Numbered from the stretch's first letter, positions 1 to 9,641 are shown. The stretch is DNA of 38,486 bases from Thermovirgaceae bacterium (GCA_046542505.1 JBKHBH010000009.1:1-38486), one strand, 5' to 3'. The notes: generated by a model not told the origin, from the letters alone. Made by a program: numbers and translations.

Positions 1-29
1 GTTCAGCTACTCCTGCGGCAAAGGAGGGG

Positions 30-82
30 TGACATTTTCCCTGTCCCATACAGGCCCTTTACCCATGACATTTTCCCTGTCC
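30..82. repeat. Two exact copies of the 17-bp pseudo-palindrome TGACATTTTCCCTGTCC (30-46 and 66-82); candidate tandem operator
   Basis: Direct repeat read from the sequence, 36-bp period. Each copy is TGACA-N7-TGTCC, one mismatch from a perfect inverted repeat. It lies in the intergenic DNA after the mutS2 stop. Confidence 0.75.
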
Positions 83-111
83 GTTGACAGAGTTGTGAGT
101 TACCGCTCTTT

Positions 112-2460
112 TCACTGCCTGAACCGGACGATGGTGACTCCGTATCCTCCTTCGCCCGGGCCTCCAAGCCGATAATCGACGATAAAAGGCAAGGTCTTGC
201 ACAGGGCCTGTACTTCACGCCTCAGGATGCCCTCTCCTCTTCCGTGGATAACGGCCACCTCGCCGTATCCTGCCCGGAAGGCCCTGTCCAGGTATCGTTC
301 CACCTCGGGGATTGCTTCGTCCACGGTCATTCCCCGAACCATGATGGACGAAGGGACATGTCCCGAAGGAGAAAGGGGCTTTTTCACCGGGAGAGGGTCT
401 TCCCGTTGCTCTTGCCCTCCTGCAGGAACAAGTTTTTTCAGCGGGACCTCGAACTTCATGGAACCGCTCAAAATCAGAGCTTTTTTCACATCAAGGGCCT
501 CGATGATTCCACGCGTTGAGGTTCCGGCGATCCGGACGGTTTCGCCCCGCGCAGGTTTCCACCCGCCCGGGATTTTTTCCTGATCGAGCCGCTTTTCTTC
601 CCGCTTTTCTTCCCGTTTCTTCAGAGATTTTTTCATCGCGGCAATCTCCTGCTGTTCACGGCCCAAAGGAGAGCCCGCTTTTTCAATTTTCCTGAGCATG
701 GCCTTCGCTTTTTTTTCTGCCTCCTCGAGAACGGCCCTGGCTTTCCTTTCCGAGTCTTCCAGGATCTTTTCCCGTTTTGATTCGATGGACCGTCTCTGGT
801 TCAGAAGAGTTTCCTTCAGTTCGGCGACTTCTCTTCGCTCCTTATAGAGTCGTTTTACCTCGTCTTCCAGGTGCTGCTGTTTTCTGATGAGTTCTTCAAG
901 AAGCCTTTCCGCGTCGGCATGACCTTCATGGAGAACAGCCTTCGCTTTTTCTATGATGTCCTCCGATATTCCCAAACGCCCGGCGATCCGCAAGGCATTG
1001 CTTTCTCCGGGAATCCCCATCCGAAGACGGTAGGTGGGAACGAGCCTCTCGTCATCAAATTCCATTCCGGCCGTTTCTACACCGCTTCTGGTCAGCGCGT
1101 ACCTCTTGATGGCATTGTGATGCGTCGTGGCAAGAACCAGGCTGCCCCGTTCATTGAGGCTTTCAAGAATCGCCACCCCCAGCGCGGCTCCTTCCTGCGG
1201 ATCCGTTCCGGCCCCAAGTTCATCAACAAGAAGCAGGCTTTTTCTTCCGGCACGTTCAAGCATGGCGACGATGTTCCGGAGATGGGAACTGAAGGTTGAA
1301 AGGCTCTGTTCTATGCTCTGTTCGTCACCGATGTCGGCGAACATCCAGTCGATGTCTCCCACCACGGAACCCTCTCCGACGGGTGCCGGCAAACCGCACC
1401 ATGCGAGGTAAACCGTCGCCGCCGTCGTCTTGAGCACCACCGTCTTGCCGCCGGTGTTCGGCCCCGTAATTACCAGCTGCCTGAACCGGTCTCCGCAATG
1501 GACATCTACAGGGACACAGTCGTCACCCAAGAGGGGATGGACCGCCTGCCTCAGAGAAAACCTGGACTGTCCTTCCATCACCGGCAGTACCCAGGATTTT
1601 TCTTTCTGCATCGACGAGGCCGCATGAAGCAGATCCACCTCGCCGAGAATGCGTTCCGCCTCGAGAAGGGCTCCATGGCGTTCGAGAATTTTCCCCGTGA
1701 GGTCCCTGAGGATCCTGTGCTCCTCCTGTTCCTCGTCCCGACGCATAAGGGCTATGCGGTTGTTGAGCTCTATGAGACCCCGCGGTTCCATATACACGCT
1801 GTTGCCCGTTCCGGACCTGTCCACCGTCATCCCGTTGAAACGGGACATGTCCTCCAGCTTCACCAGGAAGGTTATCCGACCGTCCCGGAAATGTACCGCT
1901 CTGTCCTGGAGCATGGAGGAAAAGGACTGGCTTTCCATCATGGATTGGGCTTTGCTCCTTGCAGAAGACGTCACGGCCCGCAGGGCATCCCTCAGCCCGG
2001 CGAGTTTGACCGAGGCGCCGTCATAGAGCCTGCCGTCATCGGCAACAACCTGAAGGCCCTTGAAGAGGTCGCTGAAATCTCCGAGTTTCCTGGTCAAATC
2101 GCCTAATTCAGGATAGTCCGCCTTCACTTCGGAAACCACCGCTTTCAGTCGAAGACAGATACCCATGATGACCCGGAAGAAGAGGATTTCCTCTCCTGTC
2201 AGCAATCCCGTTCTCTTTGCCTCTTCGAGCAGGGGCTTCACCGGTTTCAGTCTTTCATCCCAGGGAAGGTCGCCGTGAGTGTCAAAATAGCGATTGTACG
2301 CCCTCTGCAGATTCTGTTTTCTCAGGACTTCATCCGTTCCTTCGAACGGGGCGATCTCGGCGAGGGCTCGTCGGCCCAGGTCGCTTCTGCAGGATCTTTC
2401 AAAGAGGGAGAGAATTTTTTTCATCTCTATAGCGTTGAGCGTGCGCGCGTCGGTTTTCAC
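112..2460 (-). CDS. mutS2: Endonuclease/ATPase MutS2 (Smr domain)
   Basis: Walker A GPNTGGKT, DIGDEQSIEQSLSTFS, DELGAGTDP, a coiled coil and a C-terminal Smr domain (VRGMTVDEA...IHGRGEG). GTG start overlaps the cvpA stop. Confidence 0.96.
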   Translation of the reverse strand: MKTDARTLNAIEMKKILSLFERSCRSDLGRRALAEIAPFEGTDEVLRKQNLQRAYNRYFDTHGDLPWDERLKPVKPLLEEAKRTGLLTGEEILFFRVIMGICLRLKAVVSEVKADYPELGDLTRKLGDFSDLFKGLQVVADDGRLYDGASVKLAGLRDALRAVTSSARSKAQSMMESQSFSSMLQDRAVHFRDGRITFLVKLEDMSRFNGMTVDRSGTGNSVYMEPRGLIELNNRIALMRRDEEQEEHRILRDLTGKILERHGALLEAERILGEVDLLHAASSMQKEKSWVLPVMEGQSRFSLRQAVHPLLGDDCVPVDVHCGDRFRQLVITGPNTGGKTVVLKTTAATVYLAWCGLPAPVGEGSVVGDIDWMFADIGDEQSIEQSLSTFSSHLRNIVAMLERAGRKSLLLVDELGAGTDPQEGAALGVAILESLNERGSLVLATTHHNAIKRYALTRSGVETAGMEFDDERLVPTYRLRMGIPGESNALRIAGRLGISEDIIEKAKAVLHEGHADAERLLEELIRKQQHLEDEVKRLYKERREVAELKETLLNQRRSIESKREKILEDSERKARAVLEEAEKKAKAMLRKIEKAGSPLGREQQEIAAMKKSLKKREEKREEKRLDQEKIPGGWKPARGETVRIAGTSTRGIIEALDVKKALILSGSMKFEVPLKKLVPAGGQEQREDPLPVKKPLSPSGHVPSSIMVRGMTVDEAIPEVERYLDRAFRAGYGEVAVIHGRGEGILRREVQALCKTLPFIVDYRLGGPGEGGYGVTIVRFRQ

Positions 2461-3065
2461 TGCCGGTTTCGATCACCTCCGGAGGAATCCGTTTCCTGCA
2501 GCGTGGTCTCGTCCTCGGGGAGGGCCATTTGGTCAATCGGCCTCTTCCCTTCCTCGAAGGGGAAAAGATCATACTCTCCCAGGTGGACCTTTTCGAAAAA
2601 AGCCTGGATATGGGGCCATGCGTACTCGGCCGAGGACATGGCAACGGAATCTTTCATCCAGTAGGGCGAGATTACGGGGGAAAGCGCAAGAAGCGCCATA
2701 TAGACGAGCAACACCAGGATAAAGGTCTTTGCGACGCCGGCAGCCGCACCGAGCGACCTGTCCACCGTCGAAAGATTCGTCAGTCGGAGAAAGGCCTTCA
2801 CACCTTTCTGAATATACGCCCCCACGAGAAGGCAGACGGCATATATTCCTACAAGGGAGATGATTCTCGCAAAAGAGGCATCGATTTCGAAAATCCCCCT
2901 CAAAAACTGCGAAACAGGAACGGAAAGCTTCCAGGCAAGGAGGAACCCTCCCACCGTGGCTGCAAGTGATATGACTTCCCCGGAAAATCCGCGCGCTGCC
3001 CCTTTGATGAGAAACGTCACCAGAAGCAGCGCGGCGAAGATGTCAACGGCCGCCGCCAGATCCAT
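2457..3065 (-). CDS. cvpA: CvpA family (colicin V production) membrane protein
   Basis: Hydrophobic N-terminus with G..RGF..E and a DRSLGA..G motif; typical zapA-cvpA-mutS2 order. Confidence 0.85.
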   Translation of the reverse strand: MDLAAAVDIFAALLLVTFLIKGAARGFSGEVISLAATVGGFLLAWKLSVPVSQFLRGIFEIDASFARIISLVGIYAVCLLVGAYIQKGVKAFLRLTNLSTVDRSLGAAAGVAKTFILVLLVYMALLALSPVISPYWMKDSVAMSSAEYAWPHIQAFFEKVHLGEYDLFPFEEGKRPIDQMALPEDETTLQETDSSGGDRNRQ

Positions 3066-3303
3066 CGTTTCCGCATTCTTTCAGCGCTTTCGACAGCTTT
3101 CGTGACGTATTGTCCAGTGCATGGGCCAGTTTAAAACACGTCAAAAGGAGACGCTCTTCCTGGTCGGCGGAGCTGTCAATTTTTCCGAGGTTCTCCCTGA
3201 CGATTTCGAGCACAGACTCGAAACGATCTTCATCGAGACGGGTTAGTACAGGATAGGTCTTTTTTCCGACCAGCACACTGACACGCCGGGTTTCCTCGGC
3301 CAT
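3043..3303 (-). CDS. zapA: Cell division protein ZapA family
   Basis: 86 aa with a V.V.VG.K.Y N-terminal strand and a C-terminal helix; SD AAGGAGG upstream; synteny with cvpA and mutS2. Confidence 0.75.
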   Translation of the reverse strand: MAEETRRVSVLVGKKTYPVLTRLDEDRFESVLEIVRENLGKIDSSADQEERLLLTCFKLAHALDNTSRKLSKALKECGNDGSGGGR

Positions 3304-3328
3304 GATGAAGTCGCCTCCTTTCCCCTGG

Positions 3329-3676
3329 TTACGACCTGTCGATCAGTTCTCCCTGTTGATAGGTGTCGTCGTCATTTTGCCCGACATCTTCCTCGGGGAC
3401 TTCTCCAGTGAGGTTCCGGAGCTTTCCAAGCAGGGACCTAAGGCGGTCTTCCGTTTCTTTTTGCTCCTTCCGAAGTTCTTCGACAACCCTGTCGCGTTCA
3501 GCCAGAATCCGCTGGTGCTCCTGTCTGACCGCCGTCAGGGCTTCCTCGTTTTCGTGGAGCAATTCCTGTTGCGTTTCAATTTCCTCTTTCATTCTGCCAT
3601 TCTCTTCGCTCAACTTCCGCATCCTCGCCGTCAACTCGTCCACCAGGCGCTCGATATCGACAAGATGCTCCTGCAT
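3329..3676 (-). CDS. Coiled-coil protein, ZapB-like (hypothetical)
   Basis: Start moved to ATG 3676 (MQEHLVDIERL), which has an AGGAGG SD. Heptad-rich E/K/R/L sequence between pheT and zapA. Confidence 0.7.
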   Translation of the reverse strand: MQEHLVDIERLVDELTARMRKLSEENGRMKEEIETQQELLHENEEALTAVRQEHQRILAERDRVVEELRKEQKETEDRLRSLLGKLRNLTGEVPEEDVGQNDDDTYQQGELIDRS

Positions 3677-3689
3677 GGGGAACTCCTCC

Positions 3690-6089
3690 TTACCGCAAGA
3701 TATAGCCTTTCCGGGAAAGATTCTCCCGCAGGCGTTCGTGAGCTTCATCCACCTCGTCGTCCCTCAGGGTTCTCCCGCCGGAACGATAGGCCAGTGAAAA
3801 GGCGAGGCTTCTTTTGCCCGACGGTATCCCTTCCCCTTCGTACATGTCAAAGAGCCGGAGATCGAAGAGCGTTTCCGGCGCCCCCCCCCGTATGTCCTCT
3901 GTCACGGCATCAGCCGCGATATCCTTGTTTACAAGGAGAGAAATATCCCTGTATACGGCAGGATACCTGTAGGGCTCGCCGAAACGCGCAGGCTCTCCGT
4001 TGATGAAGGGCTCGAGGTCCATTTCGAAAAGGTAGACCGGTTCAAAGATGGACAGTTCGTTCTGGAGCGAGGGCTTGATCCTGCACAGATACCCTATCTG
4101 CCTTTCTCCGAAGAGTATTGCAGCCGTCTGTCCTCCGTGCCCGAATGGTTCATCGCCAGGAACGAAATGAACATCCACTCCGCGGCTCGCCGCAAAAGAT
4201 TCCACGTCGCCCTTTACGGAATAAAAGTCATCAACTACCTCGGCCTTCCATGGAGACCGGGGATCTCTTCCCTGACACACCGCTCCTCCGATGAGAAGTC
4301 TTTCCTTTACGCCGAGTTCCTTTGAGGGATCCTCGAGAAAGACCGCCCCCACTTCGAATAGCCGTATCGGTCTTCTCCATCCGGAACGAAGGTTCGAGGC
4401 AACCGCCTCGAGCAGACCGGGCCCGAGGAGTGTTCTCATGACTGACTGATCCCTGCTGATCGGATTTGCAATGGCCATGACCTTCGCCCGGGGGTCGTCT
4501 CCGGATATTCCCATGGACTTCAGGATTTCCGGCGAGATGAAACTGTAGGTGATCGCCTCCACATATCCTCTCGCCATTGCTGCCATCCTGAGGGTCTGCC
4601 TGCAACGCATCTGGTCTGTCCTGTCTCCCGGGCACCTGGTCACCGCCGGAAGCCGCGAAGGAATCTTGTCATATCCCCATACCCTGGCCACTTCTTCCAC
4701 GAGATCCTCCTCGATGGCCACATCCGGCCTGTGGCTCGGAACACGATAGACCCGTCTCGACTTATCTCTTTTTACTTCCTCGAATCCCAGCCCCGCCAGG
4801 ATTTTTGAAGCAAGGTCCATGTCTTTCGTGAGCAGGATCTTTTCCAGGGTTTTCTCTCTCAACGTGACGGTTCCCCGGTCATTCGCGCCCGGATTCCCTT
4901 CGACCACCATTCCAAAAGGACGCGCGGCCTTCCATGAGGACAGGATCCGGAAGATTTCATTCACGGCGGCTTCGGCCTTCCAGGGGTCCACGATTCGTGC
5001 GTAGCGGTAGGAGGCCTCGCTGGGCAACCCAAGACGTCTGCTGGTCCTGCTGATCCTTATGGCATTGAAGTTGGCCGATTCGATGAGGATCTTGCGGGTC
5101 TTTTCATTGATTTCCGTTTCAAGACCACCCATCACTCCTGCGAGGGCGATGGGGACTCCTCCGCTGGTTATCAGAAGGTCCTCGGCTGTCAGGGCCCTCT
5201 GTTTCCCGTCAAGAGTGACAAGGGTTTCCCCCGGCCGCGCCGATCTGACTGTTATTTCCTCATCGGGCAAAAGCTCGGCGTCAAAAGCGTGGAGAGGCTG
5301 TCCCGTGGAGAGCATAACGAGGTTCGTCGCGTCGACGATATTGCTTACCGGCCTCATCCCGGAAAGGCAAAGACGCACACGGGCCCAAACCGGCGATGGG
5401 CCAATGGATACTGAATCGGCAAACCCGAGGGCATACAGGGGACAGTCCGGATCCTCGAGACGAATACCCTTGAATTCAGGAGACCCCGATCTTTTTGTAA
5501 CTGACAGATCGCTTCTTTCGAGGCGTTTCGCTCCTTCGACAATTCCCGCGACCTCCGTCGCCAACCCCGATACACTCAGAAGATCGCCGCGGTTGGGTGT
5601 GATGGACAGGTCGAAAACCACATCATCGAGCCCAAGCGCCTCACGGATGTCCCGTCCTTGGGGTGTTCCGGGATCCAGCTTCAGGATTCCGAATTCATCG
5701 GCGATTTCAGGAAGGCCGATTTCCTCCGCGGACAGCATCATCCCGACGCTTTCGACCCCGTCGAAATCACGTCTGCCGATCACCGTCCCGTCGGCCAGCA
5801 CGCATCCCGGCGGTCCATAGGGAACACAGGCGCCTTCTTCAAGGTTCGGCGCGGCAGAAACGCATACCGCTTTTTTTGTCCAGGTGTCGACCTCGGCAAC
5901 GAAAAGATCCTTCCTCTCCGGGTGGATTTTGAGTCTCTCTATCCTGGCGCTCACGGCGCCCTGAAAGCGTTCGCAGGGTTTTTCCACAGCCTCGACTTCG
6001 GTGCCCGTTTCTGTCAGGCGCCGGGCGAGATGTTCGGGGTCCGGATCGAAATCGACAAATTCACGCAACCAGTTCAGGCATATCTTCAT
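3690..6089 (-). CDS. pheT: Phenylalanine--tRNA ligase beta subunit
   Basis: DLSITPNRGDLLS, GQPLHAFD, DLVEEVARVWGY and a C-terminal FDX-ACB domain (RDIS...SLAF); follows pheS. Confidence 0.98.
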   Translation of the reverse strand: MKICLNWLREFVDFDPDPEHLARRLTETGTEVEAVEKPCERFQGAVSARIERLKIHPERKDLFVAEVDTWTKKAVCVSAAPNLEEGACVPYGPPGCVLADGTVIGRRDFDGVESVGMMLSAEEIGLPEIADEFGILKLDPGTPQGRDIREALGLDDVVFDLSITPNRGDLLSVSGLATEVAGIVEGAKRLERSDLSVTKRSGSPEFKGIRLEDPDCPLYALGFADSVSIGPSPVWARVRLCLSGMRPVSNIVDATNLVMLSTGQPLHAFDAELLPDEEITVRSARPGETLVTLDGKQRALTAEDLLITSGGVPIALAGVMGGLETEINEKTRKILIESANFNAIRISRTSRRLGLPSEASYRYARIVDPWKAEAAVNEIFRILSSWKAARPFGMVVEGNPGANDRGTVTLREKTLEKILLTKDMDLASKILAGLGFEEVKRDKSRRVYRVPSHRPDVAIEEDLVEEVARVWGYDKIPSRLPAVTRCPGDRTDQMRCRQTLRMAAMARGYVEAITYSFISPEILKSMGISGDDPRAKVMAIANPISRDQSVMRTLLGPGLLEAVASNLRSGWRRPIRLFEVGAVFLEDPSKELGVKERLLIGGAVCQGRDPRSPWKAEVVDDFYSVKGDVESFAASRGVDVHFVPGDEPFGHGGQTAAILFGERQIGYLCRIKPSLQNELSIFEPVYLFEMDLEPFINGEPARFGEPYRYPAVYRDISLLVNKDIAADAVTEDIRGGAPETLFDLRLFDMYEGEGIPSGKRSLAFSLAYRSGGRTLRDDEVDEAHERLRENLSRKGYILR

Positions 6090-6091
6090 CT

Positions 6092-7132
6092 TCAGCTCCG
6101 GCCTCCTCCGGTTAGAAATGGAAGATCCCCTTCGAAAAATACCCTCAGGTCATCGAGTCCGTACTTCAGCATGGCGATCCTGTCAAGCCCCATGCCCCAG
6201 GCGAAACCGTTGTACTTCTCGGGATCGATCCCTCCTGCTTTGAGGACGTTGGGGTGAGTCATTCCAAGGCCCGATATTTCCAGCCAGCCCGTTCCCTTGC
6301 AGATCCTGCATCGGGGATTTTTCCCCCTGCAGGCGACACATTCCACATCCATCTCGAGTGAGGGTTCCGTGAAGGGGAAATAGCTCGCCCGGTAGCGAAC
6401 ATCAAGGGATTTTTCAAATATCCTCGTTATAAACGCCTCTAGACAGCCCTTCAGGTCGGCGACGGAAATGTCCTCATCCACGAGCAGGCCTTCCAGCTGA
6501 TGGAACATGGGAGAATGGGTCGGGTCGTTGTCTCTTCTGTAGACCTTCCCCGGAACAATTATCCGAAGCGGCGCCCCCCATCGTCTCATGGCCCGCACTT
6601 CAACCGGGGATGTGTGAGTCCTTAGCAGGAGGCCGTTTTCCATGTAAAAGGTATCCTGCATATCCCTCGCCGGGTGATGCGGAGGTATGTTCAGGCCTTC
6701 GAAATTGTAGAAATCGTTTTCCATTTCTGGCCCGTACGCAACGGTGAACCCGAGGGAGGCAAAAATCTCGACGATCTCCTGAGTAACCTGCTCCACGGGG
6801 TGGCACCCTCCCCATGGGCGGCCCCGTGCAGGCAGCGTCACATCCAAGCTCTCCTGCCGTTCTCTCTCCTGGAAAGCTTCCGATTCAAGGGACCGCATCC
6901 TCTCCTCAAGGAGAGTTTCCATTTCCCCCCTCAGGGTGTTCAATCTTTGCCCAGCCTCGGGGCGTCGGTCGGCCGGGAGGGTCCCGATGGATTTTAGAAG
7001 CCGCGTGACTTCGCCCTTTTTTCCCAGAAATCCGACACGCAGAACCTGAAGGTCCTCCGGCGTTTCGGCCCGTTCCAGTCTTTTGAGGAAGTCATCTTTC
7101 AGCTTGGGAACTTCGTTCAGAATATCCGTCAC
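6092..7132 (-). CDS. pheS: Phenylalanine--tRNA ligase alpha subunit
   Basis: HPARDMQDTFY, LLRTHTS, FHQLEGL, YFPFTEPS, GFAWGMGLDR; has a CxxC...CxxC insert; GTG start. Confidence 0.98.
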   Translation of the reverse strand: MTDILNEVPKLKDDFLKRLERAETPEDLQVLRVGFLGKKGEVTRLLKSIGTLPADRRPEAGQRLNTLRGEMETLLEERMRSLESEAFQERERQESLDVTLPARGRPWGGCHPVEQVTQEIVEIFASLGFTVAYGPEMENDFYNFEGLNIPPHHPARDMQDTFYMENGLLLRTHTSPVEVRAMRRWGAPLRIIVPGKVYRRDNDPTHSPMFHQLEGLLVDEDISVADLKGCLEAFITRIFEKSLDVRYRASYFPFTEPSLEMDVECVACRGKNPRCRICKGTGWLEISGLGMTHPNVLKAGGIDPEKYNGFAWGMGLDRIAMLKYGLDDLRVFFEGDLPFLTGGGRS

Positions 7133-7170
7133 CGCAATTGCCCCCCATTTTCCTCAATTCTTTCCAAGTG

Positions 7171-7869
7171 TCAGGAGTTTTCCTCCGCCTTTCCCGCTGC
7201 CGCCGCAAGGTCCCTGAGGTTTTGCCGTCTTGCAGCGATGACCAGACTGTCGGATTTTTCAAGCACAGTATCCGCACGGGGAAGAAAACTGCTTTCTCCA
7301 CGTTTTACGAGCAGGACAACAGCATTATAACGGCTCCGGAACTCGAGCTCCATGAGGCTTTTGCCTGCCATGTCTTCAAGCGGGGAGATCTCACCCACCA
7401 TGAAGTCGCTTCCCGGCAACTCCGTGAACTGTGCCAGCACCGGATGAGATATCTGGTCGGCCACCCGTTGCCCGAGGTCGCGCTCCGGGAAAAACACCCG
7501 AGAAGCCCCTATCTTTGCAAGTACCCTCGCGTGAAGTGCGTTCTGCGCCCGTGAGGTAACCACCGGCACACCCAGTCCGATGAGTATTGTCGTCGCCAGG
7601 ATGCTTGCCTCGATGCTCTCGCCTATGGCCACAACAGCGATGTCGGCCTCCCTGGCGCCCGCCTTGACGAGCGCGTCCTCGTCGGTGGCATCGAGCTGGG
7701 CCGCAAGGTCGATTACTTCGGACATTTCTTCGACCCGTGCACGAATTCTGTCAACGCCGATGACGCTTTCACCAAGTTCGGTGAGGCGTTCACATACTGC
7801 CTGCCCGAAACGGCCGAGTCCGACGACAATGCAGGTCCTTTCCGTCTTGCTAAGCGTTTTCCTTGTCAT
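7171..7869 (-). CDS. ktrA: TrkA/KtrA family potassium uptake regulatory subunit
   Basis: Rossmann VVGLGRFG, LDATDE, VFFPERDLG and an RCK_C domain; adjacent to the membrane subunit. Confidence 0.9.
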   Translation of the reverse strand: MTRKTLSKTERTCIVVGLGRFGQAVCERLTELGESVIGVDRIRARVEEMSEVIDLAAQLDATDEDALVKAGAREADIAVVAIGESIEASILATTILIGLGVPVVTSRAQNALHARVLAKIGASRVFFPERDLGQRVADQISHPVLAQFTELPGSDFMVGEISPLEDMAGKSLMELEFRSRYNAVVLLVKRGESSFLPRADTVLEKSDSLVIAARRQNLRDLAAAAGKAEENS

Positions 7870-7883
7870 CTACACCGCCCCTT

Positions 7884-9203
7884 TTATCCGATGGGAACGT
7901 TTGTGTCGGCGAAGGAAATTTTCGTCTTTTCCTCGGTTTCAATCAAACCGTACACGAAGGTGACAATCCCGACACGGCCCCAGAACATGAGCACCACGAG
8001 AAGGAACTTCCCCGAATCGGAAAGGTCCCCGGTGATTCCCGTGGAGAGACCCACCGTCCCGAGAGCCGAAACGACCTCGAAAAAAATATCCCTGAAAGCG
8101 AAGGGTTCAATGAGATTCAGGGCGAAAGTGCTTCCGAGAATAGTGCCAATATACATGAACGTCAACGTGAGGGCTTTCCTGATGATCTGCGGCGACAGCC
8201 GATGCCGGTAAAGAAGGACTTCTCTCCTGCCCGTGATATCTGTCATGCTCGAAAGGGAGAGGATGCCGAAGGTGGTGGTCTTGATTCCCCCTCCGGTCGA
8301 ACCTGGTGATGCTCCGATGATCATGAGGATACAGATGACGAAAAGGCCCGTGGTGGACATGGCGGGGATGGAAATGGTGTTGAACCCCGCCGTCCGGGCT
8401 GTCACGGACTGGAAGAGGGCGTTCCACACCTTCAGGTGCAATGGAAGGTTTCGGAGCAGACCGCTCCATTCCGTTGCCAGAATCATCAATGTTCCCGCAA
8501 AGATCAGCGTCGCCGAGACGGCCAGAACAAGCCGGCAGTAGGGGGAAATTCTCTTTCGGTACGGGAAGGAAGCCAATTCCGCGAGGGGGATGAAACCGAG
8601 ACCGCCCAGCGCAATCAACCCCATAACGGTACCCGGAATGATGCCGGTCTTTGAAAAACCCTCCAGGCTGTCGGAAAAGGTCGAGAATCCGGCATTGCAA
8701 AAGGCGCTGACGCTGTGAAAAACGGCGTGGTACATGGCCCTGGCGGGCTCGAAGGAATCCAGGAAGGCTCCGAAAAGCAGCAGCGCTCCGAAAAGCTCTA
8801 TTGCCAGGGTCATCTGGAGAATCCTTACGAGCAGCCTCACCGCTCCGGCGGGCGTGTCAAGTCCTAGGCCGCCGGTAAAAAGGAGTCGTTGCCGGATGCC
8901 GATTCTTGATCCGCGCAAAAGCGGCAGGGCCGTGAAAGCCGTCATGACACCCAGTCCTCCAAGCTGGATCAAAAGGAGGACGATCCATTGAGAGAAAAGC
9001 GAAAGGTCGCGCCCCGTGTCAACCACAATCAGACCCGTGACGCAGACCGCTGAGGTCGCCGTAAAAAGGGCGTCGACAACCCGAAGGGGCTGAAAAAAAA
9101 GATTTCCAAACCATAGAAGAAAGGTTCCCGAGGCTATGAGCATCAGGAACCCTCCGACGATCGTCCTTTCAGTGCGCAGCGCGCTGTACGACCTGAAATT
9201 TAT
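7884..9203 (-). CDS. ktrB: TrkH/KtrB family potassium uptake membrane subunit; start uncertain (AUA 9203 proposed, ATG 9143 is the first canonical start)
   Basis: Four pore-loop motifs (SAVCVTGL, SAFCNAGF, TARTAGF, SALGTVGLS) plus GSTGGGIKTTT and MFWGRVG. The open frame runs upstream of ATG 9143 to a TGA at 9228-9230. Confidence 0.9.
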   Translation of the reverse strand: MNFRSYSALRTERTIVGGFLMLIASGTFLLWFGNLFFQPLRVVDALFTATSAVCVTGLIVVDTGRDLSLFSQWIVLLLIQLGGLGVMTAFTALPLLRGSRIGIRQRLLFTGGLGLDTPAGAVRLLVRILQMTLAIELFGALLLFGAFLDSFEPARAMYHAVFHSVSAFCNAGFSTFSDSLEGFSKTGIIPGTVMGLIALGGLGFIPLAELASFPYRKRISPYCRLVLAVSATLIFAGTLMILATEWSGLLRNLPLHLKVWNALFQSVTARTAGFNTISIPAMSTTGLFVICILMIIGASPGSTGGGIKTTTFGILSLSSMTDITGRREVLLYRHRLSPQIIRKALTLTFMYIGTILGSTFALNLIEPFAFRDIFFEVVSALGTVGLSTGITGDLSDSGKFLLVVLMFWGRVGIVTFVYGLIETEEKTKISFADTNVPIG

Positions 9204-9559
9204 TGTGCCAGCGCCTCCTTCGCCTGGTCAACAAGCTTGCGGAATGCGGGCATGTCCTGGATCGCCAGTTCCGAAAGCATCTTTCTGTTTATCTGTATAT
9301 CCGCCTTCCTCAGCCCGTTGATGAAATTGCTGTAGGACATGTCATTCATCCGTGCGGCGGCACTGATTCTGGTAACCCAGAGACGTCTGAAGTCGCGTTT
9401 CTTGTTTCTGCGGTCCTTGTACGCGCTGGAAAGAGCGTGGAGGGATGCCTCCTTTGCTCTCCTGTAGGTGTTTTTCTTTCTGCCGTAAAATCCTTTGGTC
9501 GTCTGGAACAGTTTTTTGCGCTTTTTGTCGCTCGCGCCTCCGCCTTTGACTCGCGGCAT
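9200..9559 (-). CDS. rplT: 50S ribosomal protein L20
   Basis: MPRVK...KGFYG...AYKDRRNKKRDFRRLWVTRI...INRKMLSELAI. Confidence 0.99.
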   Translation of the reverse strand: MPRVKGGGASDKKRKKLFQTTKGFYGRKKNTYRRAKEASLHALSSAYKDRRNKKRDFRRLWVTRISAAARMNDMSYSNFINGLRKADIQINRKMLSELAIQDMPAFRKLVDQAKEALAQ

Positions 9560-9641
9560 GAGCGTTCACCTCTTTCGGTCAGAATTTCATTTTGCGGAAT
9601 TTTCAAAAGGCCATGCCGGCTGTTCCGGCACAAGCGGCACT

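Noticed and set aside
30..82. CRISPR array
   Set aside because: Only two 17-bp copies with a 19-bp spacer, too short for a CRISPR repeat and spacer, and no cas genes in the window.
84..112. Perfect TTGACA on the plus strand as an antisense promoter into mutS2
   Set aside because: No plausible -10 at 16-18 bp spacing.
3043..3065. 6S RNA downstream of zapA, as in many bacteria
   Set aside because: zapA overlaps cvpA, leaving no intergenic space.
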